Source: Rotaria socialis
Lineage: Eukaryota
Direction: 5' to 3'
Length of the DNA: 64,000 nt
NCBI GenBank assembly: GCA_905331295.1
Contig: CAJNYD010000303.1
Coordinates: 62,001 to 126,000, forward strand
Below are positions 42,534 through 53,798 of this stretch, piece after piece. The notes under the pieces were generated by a model, which saw only the letters and a list, made by a program, of their open reading frames with translations, did not search any database and had not been told where the DNA came from. A program made the translations under genes and the position numbers. Position 1 is the stretch's first letter. The number at the start of each line of letters is the position of its first letter.

Positions 42534-42609
42534 TGGGTGAGGGTGTGGGTGTGGGTGGATATTAGTGTTTGTCTTCAATACTTTACACTCACACCCACAT
42601 CCACACCTA
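42534..42609. repeat. Short hairpin element with telomere-like inverted ends
   Basis: TGGGTGAGGGTGTGGGTGTGGGTGG ... CACTCACACCCACATCCACACCTA. Confidence 0.75.
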
Positions 42610-43409
42610 ACGTAAATCATGTTGCAGAAGTTTCTTTTTTCTTCCCGTGTATAGTTTCAATAAATTCATCATCACTACCTGCTCAGTTTGTTTGTTTTCT
42701 GTTCTTTGTATTCTATTCTCTATATGCTATCGTGATTTTTTTCTTTCGTAAGCGTTCGAAAAAATTGTACTAAAATCATAAACAAGATCGGATGTCAAGA
42801 ATAAATAGAGCGAAATTTAAAAAGAAATATATTAAATTGTGAACGGTATTTATCTGTTGGTAAAAATTTACAATCACAAGAAATGGTAAATCGTCCATGT
42901 TTACTATTATAATAAAATTGGAAACATATTAGTTTTAACTTATTTGAAAAATCATATGAAGAACAACGAACAAACGCATTTACTCACCTTCGATAATCAA
43001 TGGATAAGTAGAATATATAATTTATAACAAACATCATTAACATCATCGACTTATATTGTACAAAGACCAACAACAAATACACAATCATCATCAAAAAATT
43101 CTACAATAAGTTAAAATACAAAGCCATGCACTCTAATCGAATTGTAAACAATGAACATAAATGAAGAAGTAACTCGCTAATAAATAATACAATTCTTATA
43201 AGTCATCCATCAACTGTACGTATATCATATTTTCATCGATCATAATCGACTAGTCTTGTTCCTGGCAGAACCACTGAACGAAAATAACGTTTTTTTCCTA
43301 ATACACTAGCCGAAAAAAATGATTTAAGACATACTATAAGTTTGTATATAGGATGGGGGTGTGAGTATAAAAGGAAGACTCATAAAAGCACGCCTCATCA
43401 TGTCATATA

Positions 43410-43569
43410 TGTCAAACTTGAAACTTGAATTCAATTGAAAACTGAAATTTTCAATTTTCAACTTTTAAGCCGATAGCATTTTGTGAGAATCGTGACTCAC
43501 ACATATATCGCTATGAGTTGAAAGTTGAAAGTTTCTATTTTCAACTGAATTCAAGTTTCAAGTTTGACA
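43410..43569. mobile_element. 160-bp palindromic MITE with TGT...ACA ends
   Basis: TGTCAAACTTGAAACTTGAATTCA... versus ...TGAATTCAAGTTTCAAGTTTGACA; preceded by TATA. Confidence 0.8.
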
Positions 43570-45334
43570 CTACTGCTAATCTACTTTTATCAATCCGACG
43601 ACTCACATGCTGATAAACTGATTAATCCTCGAGAGTCTTCACGCACTATTATTTATCTTTATTCTTTATATATGCTTGAGTGTTGAAGTGTATGTGTGGC
43701 TTTTCTCTTTATTTTCTGGTAACGATAAAACATGTTGTTCGACTCATGTGAGTCATCGACAAGGAGCTTAAAAACTTTGACATAAAATATGTCACAGGCA
43801 AAATTCTTTTTTTAATTAGGCGCAAAATTTGAGAAAATTGTTTGTTTGATTTATATTTATAAATGATTTTTAATACTCATTCCGAATCGCCGAAAAAATT
43901 TTAATTGTTACACAGACATTTATTTTTAATAACATATCCACAATTTTTTATGCTGATTTGATGATTATCGTGAATCATTCGCATTAAATTTTAAAAAAAT
44001 TCTTTTTCCGTTTTTCGTTTTTCGTTTTTCGTCTTTTTCTTTTTTGGTCGGGTACATAGAGAGAAATGCTTATTTTATTAAAAAATGATTTTTAATTATC
44101 ATGTGCATTGAGAAACGTCGACAAAGTTGAAATAATATATAATCATTTCATTAAATAATATACGAGTCATTTTTGTTTTCATTTCATAAATTTGAAAAAA
44201 ATTTTCCATTAATTGAAAAAGGAAACAATTTAGTAAAATTAAAAAAACGCTTTTCTTTTCAATACTATTTTTAGTAGTACATAAGATGAGCCTTGTTCTC
44301 GCATTAGCATCACTGTCGCATTCAACATTTTGCATATAGTGGCTACTAACTGATATTGTATACTGTAAAATTTTTACTGATTATCTCTTTTTGCTTTGTA
44401 CTAGCAATAAGATGTAACTTATGATTTGCAAGGTTTTTAATAAAAAAAAAGAAAAATTAAATTGATTATTCTAAATTTACTAAAGTTAACACAACAATAA
44501 TCTCCTTGAAAATTAGATAGTATAGCTCTAGAACAGGTTTATAAATTTATTGTCACTTCATCGTTTCAGTAATTGAACCTATCGGTACCTACTATGTCGT
44601 TTTTTTGTAAACAGTCATGCATGCTCTATGGCATTTTAAAAAAATAAGAAACTGTATCATTACTATCAGGAATAAAAGATTATCCTAAAAGAACAAATTT
44701 TTTTTTGAACAATGTGGCTTTGAAAAGCTTGATACTACAGAAGGAATTACATCTGCGATCACTAATACTATTTGAAGAATAGCCTATATCAAAATCTACA
44801 ACTTAGATTGAAGTTTGCTCGTTTTCCGCACTATAGCGAACTCTACATCTTCCGAAACAAGATATCGTTCTCATTACGCAAAGTTACCTAACTGTACATC
44901 CTCTTCAAACATAGACGATTATCTTGCTGATACCCAGTCAACTATTAAAACTTATATTTTTAAGTTTTAATTCACTTTGTGTCTTAGAAACTCTATTTAT
45001 CGTAGACAGTTTTTTAATTTTTTCATTGGATGCTATATTAAATTGGAATTTAGAAAAGTATGGTTTAACTTTGTCTAGAACTCAATTCTGTCTGACACAT
45101 ATACGTAGTTTTTACTTGTTGTGTTTAGTGGAAAGCTGGTATGTATGCATCGGGTGCATGCTAGTTGCAACTTTTTTTGTGCAGAAAGAAAATATGAGTC
45201 AATATATAATTACGTATTTCCTATAGTGTAGTATTTCTTTTTTTAGCAATTTTCAAAAAGTGGCATAAGCTCATACTCATAAGAAGTGATATTGCTCAAT
45301 GTTAGGTGATCATTGCAAGAACGAATTTGATACC

Positions 45335-46718
45335 ATGAGCGACAGTTTATCGTCAAATCTATTCCAACTTGAAGGAACTCCTAATGAACTCTTGCTTGAA
45401 ATTTTTCAATACGTGAATCCCATTGACCTTCGTAGTTTCGAGGGTCTGAACAAACGAATAAATTGCATTATTCAAGCTTTGAAAGTGAATATCGTTGTTC
45501 GATGTCAAGAAAAAGATGAATTCAATTATTTATCGATTTTTACTCCAACACAAATAGTCCGTTTGGAAATACGTAACTACTGTTTGCCATTGAAATTGAA
45601 CGTGATGACTGAACTACGTTCGTTTACACTTGATTGTACCTATCTTTCAAACGAGCAACTAGATCAGGTAGCTTGTGTATTTTAACGAGCTATAATTAAA
45701 ATACTTGATTGTAATTCGACTCATTTAGATAACGAAAATCAGACTACTTCGCTTGGAATGGCTCTCAATTGAAAATGTAACGTATGATCTACGAACACCT
45801 TTACTGGATGTTATTTCTCGGGGGGAACATTTCCCATCACTCAAAACATGCCAAATAAAATCGAGACATCATTACAATTTGGAAAACAACGATAGTAAAT
45901 CATTGCCAAACAATGCACTTCGTTCTCTTGCTATAGACACATGGCATTGGTCCCAACTAGATTGGCTTCTACATCAGCTGCCTAATTTACGCCGATTTGA
46001 AACAAATTTTGGGAAATCATATGATTCAATGATACACTATGTTCAACCTCATCTATTGATCACATATTTAAAAATTACTCTCAACGATCCTTTACATGAT
46101 CTGGAGACGTTCCTTAAATGGACACCGAATCTCACTCGACTGCGTATCCGAGGAAAAATCAGGGGTAATGATGTACTCAAACATTTTGAGAAAATGGCCG
46201 AATTTCTATCTATCCTTGTTCCTCGTCTACAACATTTCGATTGTGAGCTTTATTGTTATACTAATGACAATGAAGCACATGAATTAATTATACGACAGCT
46301 TCATCCAATTTTCAGCAAAATCCGATGCCTTTCAGGAAGAGCTCAAAATAAATGCTATGCCACTGATATTATGATATATCCAGTTGACAACGAATATGAA
46401 TGTGAGTAGTTTCACGGTGTAGATATGAGGTTTCTCTTTTGTTTTCATTCACACTGGTATCGTCAAGAGAATTCAGAACTGATCCTTTTAAGCTGTCATA
46501 CTTTTTGAACAAAAATTTCGTAATATAAGCTCAAACTCATTACGATTTATTGTTTAGTTATGGAGCAACCAGCTATTTATCCAATAGCACACTGCTACCA
46601 TTGTTTCTGCGGCAACCGGTGTGGCATCGCCGACCGCTGCTACTGTAGTTATACTGATGGCTATTGCAGTTCTTTTGGTGGTTGCTACAGCGGCCATTGC
46701 TATGACTACTCTTCTTGA
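45335..46718 (+). CDS. F-box/LRR protein with probable Cys-rich terminal exon
   Basis: F-box start LEGTPNELLLEIFQYV; LRR-like FPSLKTC, LPNLRRF, TPNLTRL. Donor 46402 and acceptor 46557 join in phase to an exon at 46558-46718. Confidence 0.8.
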
Positions 46719-46911
46719 ACTTCGCCCTAACAGTGATCATGAAAATTATAAGAAACAAGTATGAATCATCTCTGTGAAACAGGAACAATAGTGTAATAAA
46801 AGGACGGTTCGTAAAAACAAATAAAAATAATTCAATTAATCTAGATTATTCACAAAGAAATAAATTATACACATAAAATCTTCTTTTAGATGCTCTTTTC
46901 TGTCATGTTCA

Positions 46912-47277
46912 TCAGTGTGAAGCTAGCACGACGGAGCTAGCACGATGGAACAGAGATTCAACTATAAGTCTTCTCAGAAGTATTGCCGGCCCATAAAAAC
47001 CAGACCATTCGATGCAGAATTTAATTCTGGATCGGATGGTGATATTTTTATTCCCCGGCAATACTTAGAAAAATATTTTACCTACACCTTTGTTTTCTTC
47101 TAAATAGGACAAGAAAAACCGGATAGAATTTTTTCAAAGTATTGCCGGGGAATAAAAATATCACCATCTGATCCAGAATTAAATTCTGCATCGAATGGTC
47201 TGTTTTTTATGGGCTGGCAATACTTCTGAGAAGACTTATAGCTGAATCTCTGTTTCATCGTGCTAGCTTCACACTGA
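46912..47277. mobile_element. 366-bp foldback MITE with 11-bp flanking direct repeat
   Basis: TCAGTGTGAAGCTAGCACG...CGTGCTAGCTTCACACTGA with arms of about 150 bp; TGTCATGTTCA at 46901-46911 and 47278-47288. Confidence 0.88.
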
Positions 47278-47287
47278 TGTCATGTTC

Positions 47288-47387
47288 AAGGGTGTTGGTG
47301 TGGGTGTGGGTGTCGATCTTGCCCTCAATGAAGTTTACACTCCAAATCCAGATCCAGGCTCACAACTACACCCACAGTCACACCCTT
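47288..47387. repeat. Short hairpin element with telomere-like inverted ends
   Basis: AAGGGTGTTGGTGTGGGTGTGGGTGT ... ACACCCACAGTCACACCCTT. Confidence 0.75.
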
Positions 47388-47939
47388 AAATTCCGGATTC
47401 TGATTGTTAGAGATTCTGCAGCTGCTGTCCGATGAATAAAAAAAGATATTTCAACATTGAATTGAATATGACTCGTTCGAAAATTTTGCGATGGGTAGAA
47501 AAATGAAATTTAAATCTATCAAATAAAATTTCCTGAATAACAGGGCTTGTTGGCTGCTCGACCTAGATCAGAGAAAAATTTTAAGCTGGTCTATTGACAA
47601 ATATTTTGATTGATGGAAACTTCCATATATATTTTCTAGTTCTTAATAAAAAAAAATATAAATTACCGCCAGGTAGTCATGGTCAAAAAGCTGTTAGCGC
47701 AATCTCTTCGGGATTTAAATGTGAAACACGACGTAACTGCTGAGGTTTATCATAGTCATTGCTCCACCTCTCTATTCTCCCTGCATTTCTAATACCGTTT
47801 GTGATGGGTCCAAAGCTTTTCTCTCAAGGTCAATGAGGATTAATTCATTAATTAGACTGTAATTAGCTAATTAATTAAAATGTTTTGGAAGGAATTCGAA
47901 TTCTAGTCTTAACCCTTGAATTCTGCTTCACCGGTCTCG

Positions 47940-48088
47940 AACGGTCTCTGGCGGGGGAATCACCTGTCGGTAACGGTCTGTGATGGTGGATCATCTACCT
48001 GTAACGGTCTGTGATGGGGAAATCACCTGTCGGTAACGGTCTGTGATGGTAAATCACTTACCTGTAACGGCCTGTGATGGTGGAATCA
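47940..48088. repeat. Minisatellite, about 31-bp unit, 5 copies with two alternating variants
   Basis: Core AACGGTCTGTGATGG with alternating GGAAATCACCTGTCGG and TGGATCATCTACCTG spacers; ends at an N (48089). Confidence 0.9.
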
Positions 48089-49159
48089 NATTTCTACCCT
48101 AACACTTCAACACTCCTTTCAGGCCTTGTTTCACAAAATACTGCATAGATATCTTCGTTCGTTGTTCTCCTGTATAGTCATTAACAAAGTATGACTAATT
48201 TCGTACAGCGTATCTAGTTGTGACTTTTCTTCTTTTCTTGCCATTTGATTCAATTAAAGTAAGAAAAGTAAATGATTTTTGTTTCTCTTTGCAATTAAAT
48301 TGTAGAACATTTTGATTTTCTGCTTACAGCCACACGTACGATTTTATTCAAGCGTAAGAGAGATGAGTGAAAATTAATAAAATCAATACGTAGTAGCAAT
48401 TAATTACTCTATCGAATCGTAGGTGAATGACGTACACAGTGCGAAAAATGAAAAATATCTCATACGACATAAGGCAGGGCGGTACTACTGATATTCTAGT
48501 GGCTATAAATCATTATATACAAAAAAGAATGAGTGATTTGGGTGATTTTTGTATAGTAGGTGTGCCGATATTGATGGCACGCTTCGATGATTCTCATTCC
48601 TTCTCTTTCTGTTCTCTTTCCATTGTTCTAATGTAACTTTCTCCTGTCTCCCTTCTATCTCTCCTATATATACGTGTGTTACGTATGAAGTTGTTACACT
48701 CTGGAGATGTCAGATGACACAATACACCATCATGCCGACGGGCATAACCGACACTCTCTAGTTGTGTCGTTACACTCTGGATAACTTGAAGTAGCCTAAT
48801 AAACATCTTTGCCGAGAATGGCACAAGCTACTCTAATCTACTTGATCGTTACAGTAGGTAAACATATTTTTTTTAACATTTATTTTAATGTGCCATATAC
48901 AGGTTCACATGTTGAAAGATATAGAAAAAGAAAAAGAATCAAAAGAATTCATATATGCGTACATTATCATATTCACTTTAGACACATAAAAAGTAGGTAA
49001 ACATATTGCGAGTATAACTGCTCTACTAAATGTAGAGTAGTTATACTTGCAACGCACATATATCTTCAGAGTGACTCATCCATTTGTGCTGAAGCTGAGA
49101 GTATAATCGCTATTGAGATGGGTTTACTTACTATTTAAAATAAATGTGGAAACTTCGGA

Positions 49160-49676
49160 TTTCATCCGAGAGTTATGTGTACTGCAAAAAGTGCATGCGA
49201 CATATCAGTCATTCTAGAATGCCTGAACACGAAAATTATCATGAGAAGCTAGACAATTTGATTTCTGGATGGAGTTTTTGTGAATTTTGAGACGTTTTTC
49301 AGGCGATGTTTCGTTAGAAAGCTATGACTTAGTTCAAAACTAATATCAGATTTAGAATCAGCGTTAAAAACTGAGTCGATTTATATATGTTGTGAGTAAT
49401 TCTGAGGAAATTTTTGTTTTTGAAAAATCCCTGTACTCCCCCTCAGGGATGATCTGATCAAAAATGACAATTTTTTCGACAACTCAGCCATTTCTTGACG
49501 GATCCTTCTCACCTTCGAACTCGACCTAGATATTGATAAGACAATTCTGTGCACAAAATTTCAGCTCAATCGAATGTAATTGTGAAGAGTTATCGAATAA
49601 ACGGACGGCCGGACGGCCGGACGGACACACTGACCGATTCTATAGTGTACTCTTTTTTTTTTGAGTACACAAAAAG
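49160..49676 (-). mobile_element. Helentron-associated (HINE/DINE-1-like) element, 5' end
   Basis: Minus strand reads TTTTTGTGTACTC-A10-GAGTACAC hairpin, then a (TCCG/GTCC) microsatellite and GATTGAGCTGAAATTTT core. The far boundary is approximate. Confidence 0.55.
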
Positions 49677-49745
49677 ACTAGAAAGATCGCTGATTTCGAT
49701 TCAAAATATACTACTGTTGATATTTTCATTTAGAAAATAATTAGA

Positions 49746-50072
49746 ATGCTGAATCATCAAATTGCACCAAGTTACGGCGATGCACCATGGTCATCATACT
49801 ATAATGATGAATATGCAACGACCACACCTTGGTACGATTTGTTTTGGCATCGTTATGGTAAAATTACCCGACGAAAGTTCGATAGTATACAAATTGGCAT
49901 GACTAGACAACAAGTTACGGATATTATCGGTGGACCTGGACGTGTTACTAGCGAGTCACAACTTCTCAATATTCATGTGGTTAGAATCATCTATCAGGGC
50001 CGTTTTTGGAGCCCGAAGTCTGCAACTTTAGTGTTCTACAATGGTTTGCTACGATGCAAATCACGATATTGA
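49746..50072 (+). CDS. Small intronless protein with a BLIP/DUF3862/SmpA-OmlA-like domain
   Basis: ITRRKFDSIQIGMTRQQVTDIIGGPG...IIYQG...SATLVFYNGLLRCKS fits the I..GMT..EV..ILG.PG pattern. Confidence 0.65.
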   Translation: MLNHQIAPSYGDAPWSSYYNDEYATTTPWYDLFWHRYGKITRRKFDSIQIGMTRQQVTDIIGGPGRVTSESQLLNIHVVRIIYQGRFWSPKSATLVFYNGLLRCKSRY

Positions 50073-50460
50073 TAAAAATTTGACTTCAGTGATCTTTGGA
50101 AATTTTCTGTCTATGCGCAAATTAATGAAAACTTTTCATTGGCTAGGGCAGCATTTTTATTTTCGTCGATATTTAACGAAGAAATTTATTCTTCAGATTT
50201 TGAAACAATATAAACGGTAGATGACTTTACTTCCGCTTATTTCAAGATAAAGAAATAATTTCTTACATTTCACTATGTTGATTCATGAGTTAAATGATTG
50301 TGCGACTTTTTTCAATGAAAATATAAATTTTGTGCTATTTTACTGTTTTATTTTCTTATATTCGTAATCGAAACGATTGCAACTGAACTGAAAGACACAG
50401 AGACTCAATGATAACTGAATAAGCGGTAAATTGAAACCAATTTTATTATGACGAATGAAC

Positions 50461-51764
50461 TTAAAGTGTGTTTTGTCTTTCGACTGTTTCAACATTCTTC
50501 ATTTGTATTCGATGGCGAAGGAAAAATTTGTAGAGAAATTTGGCAATGGATGGACTAATGAGTTGGAGTATAGTAGAGAGACCACCATAAATGCCAAATA
50601 TTGTCGTGAACATATAGAGCAGATTGAATCGTTGAATAAGCGCACTCGAACATGTTGATGGATGGCATTGCTGAAAGAAATTATTGTATGATATATTCGA
50701 AGACCACGACTCAATAAACATATTTTCAAGAAGCGTGGCTATTGTAGAATTCCATAGAAAACGTGTATGTGAATAATTAAGCGGTTGAATTGGGTCAGTA
50801 ACATTGTCAAAACCTGAATAAAATAAAGAAAAACACTAGCTATATGACTTGTCTTTTGAATGAGACTCACTTGTTGTATATAAATACACTGATTGAATAC
50901 ATGAGGCATCGTAGTGACATTCAATCGTCGATTGTAACAAAGCTTCAAGCGGCGAACATCCGACAACGTAGCCTGGTATCACCGGCTCTAGCTGTTGAGT
51001 ACATGTAGCTGTTGTAGCACAATTACACTCTCCGTAATATTGAGGTTCATAAGAGATAATAGCTGGCTGAGCATTGATATCATCTGTGACAGGTACATAC
51101 GCCAGTTGCTCGAATAGACAGAGACGAGCCCATTTGCTTGATTGAGTCCATTTACTAGTTGTAATAAATGAATGAAGGTGTTTGGGATATTCTGCTGGAA
51201 CTGTTCAATGGCTTCATTCGTATCTTTTTCGAATGCATCTTGATCAGTTATCTCTAATATGATGAGAGCCGAATTGAGAAAAAGTGTTTGTGCAGCATAG
51301 ACGGTTTCTTGTACTAAGTTACACATTGCTTTCAATGCTTGATAGTGCGGCAAAGCCGTTCCTTGAAATGTATATACTGGCAGTTGAGAATAATCCAGGT
51401 GTGCATAAGTATCGAATAAAATTCCGAGCCATTCATCATTGATGGAAGTTGGTGAAAATATATCATGCAATGATGGCTCAAGTTTCTGAATATAAGATGA
51501 ACGAACAATTGATAGTTTTTGACAAAGACATTCAAAATTTGATGTGAAACTAAGATTTTTGTATTCATTTGCCAACTTGACATAATCGTCTACACTGGAT
51601 ATATTTGCAATTTTTATATTTGTTGTATACGTAAGAGATGAGTAGAAAATGAGTATAACAAGTGCAAGAAGAAGTAGAATGGTGTAAATTTTAGTCGCTA
51701 AACGTTGTAAACGAATATCGCATTCATTTTCAACAGCTTTGGTGGGCTTTGAGAATAAATTCAT
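50461..51764 (-). pseudogene. Two-TM Cys-rich uncharacterised membrane protein, copy B, with one frameshift
   Basis: TM1 IYTILLLLALVILIFYS; ECLCQKLSI; frame change near 51102 into YGECNCATTATC...PGYVVGCSPLEALLQSTIECHYD; TM2 FTTIFGIYGGLSTIL. Confidence 0.7.
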
Positions 51765-51966
51765 GTTGAGTAACTTCGTTATGCAATATTAACACGTGGT
51801 AATCATGTGGATCGAGAACGGAACTCCTTAGAAAAGAAGAAAAAGACTTATTGAGTTGTGTAGACTGTAATGATTAATAGAATTCAATCTCGATCTTCAG
51901 TCATTCTCATCTTTTTTTTTTTTCTATTTGCAGGCAGGCCTGGAAGTTCTTTTATTCAGGCACAAC

Positions 51967-53598
51967 TTACAATCGAAAATAGCTTTGCAGTTTGCTGCAA
52001 TTACTCGAGCATGTTTTATGAAAATAATTGTGAACATATCTTCTTACTGGTGAATATCCGCGTTCTGTTTGATTTTCCTCTGTTGATTGTGGTTGGTGCC
52101 CACGGTGACGATGAAACCGGTCGATAACGAAGAAAACCAGCATGAGAAAAAATGGTACAGTAAAAATTAAAGCTTTCGAAATGCCGCCAATGAGACCGAA
52201 GAGAATTGTAATTATTTCAATTGCCGCATAATTTTCAAGAATCATATACAAACATGATTGAACTGCACAAGCATTAAAGTAACGTTCAAACCTAAGAATA
52301 CAAGAAGCTTAGGACAGAATGTGAAAAATTCATTAGTGTAATGAACTTACGAACTATTAATTGTCCATACTTCAAGGAACATATGTTCAAGAAGTACATT
52401 AATAGTTGTATTCTGTAAAAATTGACTGGGCAAATGAGAATCAAGATGAGTCACCCATGATGATAAATTTCTTTCCATTGTCTTATCGGTTTGAGAAAGG
52501 CAATCGCTGTCATCATAAAAGCACTCAAGTGTCGAGATCAATAATGATGACATAGGTATACAACCAGTGAACATTCCTGGAATAGGATACAGGAGAATAG
52601 CATAACTGGCTGTAATATAGACGCCAATTTGGATTTTGCACGAAATTTCGGTTATGCAGAAACACGACACTGTTTGGTTGCCGATAAAAATGAATGTAGA
52701 AGGCGCCAGATAAGGATAGAATATGTTGCTTGACTCATACGAAACATTAGCCAATTCAACATCAAAATTACTGTACGCGTTTGTGATAAATTGATTCACT
52801 TCTGTGACATTCGAGAGAATATGTATTAAGCGTAGGAAATTGTTGATTGTTGATTGTATGAAAAACTCAGCGACTGAATTCATTTGATAATCGAATACCT
52901 GACGTACAAGTAGTGCAGCTGTAACAAGTTGAGTATTGCTGAAACCAGTTAGAGTACTAGATATTGGATTATTTGCAAATGTGCAGAGTGATCCTAGTAG
53001 TTCGAAAAAATCAGAATGGAAACTCAAATCTGCGACGAAAACCACTGCCATGGGATCAGCAGCATCTTCGAGACTGGTGATCCACCTGGGCGAAATGAAA
53101 TCACTAGAACATATTTGATGATATTTAACGGTAAGATGAATGAAACTTTGATAAGGAGAGGAAATTTGTGAGCATGGACATTGAAGTGAAGAAGCAATAT
53201 ATGAATCTGCTTGCCATTCTTCAATACTATCAAGTGATGGATTATTGGCGATAATGGTTCTTGTAATTTTATTAGTGTCGTTGTATGTTGTAATAATGAG
53301 TATGACAGTGCATAGAAGTATAATAAATAAATGAGTTGACCATCGTTGTTGCTTCAAATCTCGCACTTGTACACGCTTAGCTGTTTTAAACAGATTGAGA
53401 TTAACAAGAATTCTGGCAATGGTCGATAATACTTGCTTTTTTGTCCACGGTAAGTCAGCTACAATTTAAGAAAGTAGAAAAATAAAAATGTAAAGATTTA
53501 AGCTTATTTTCTATTCTTCTTTCCGGCGAGAAACTCGATTTTCGTACACTGACTTTACTCGTAACTACTTGAATTCTTGAAACTTTCGGATCTTTCAT
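51967..53598 (-). CDS. Two-TM Cys-rich uncharacterised membrane protein, copy A
   Basis: TM1 LFIILLCTVILIITTY; QCPCSQIS; ICSSDFIS; PGMFTGC; STLECFYD; FERYFNACAVQSC; TM2 ITILFGLIGGISKAL. Paralogous to copy B; start 53598 is inferred from splice phase. Confidence 0.72.
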
Positions 53599-53798
53599 TG
53601 CTTATGTTTGTGATACATAGAGAAAAATTAGAGTTTCATGTTGCCATGTTCTTTCAAGATTCTATACGTTTTTCCTATGAAATCATTATTTAATGTAATT
53701 CCTAGGGACTAAAATGTGAAACCAAATGGAACTATTCTATCGACATGAGGGTATGGGAGGATTTAGTGTTCATTACATAGAATGGGTAGGCCCACATC

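Noticed and set aside
47940..48088. Repeat-spacer-like pattern resembling a CRISPR array
   Set aside because: Spacers are short and recur in alternation, there are no cas genes and the context is eukaryotic; it is a minisatellite.
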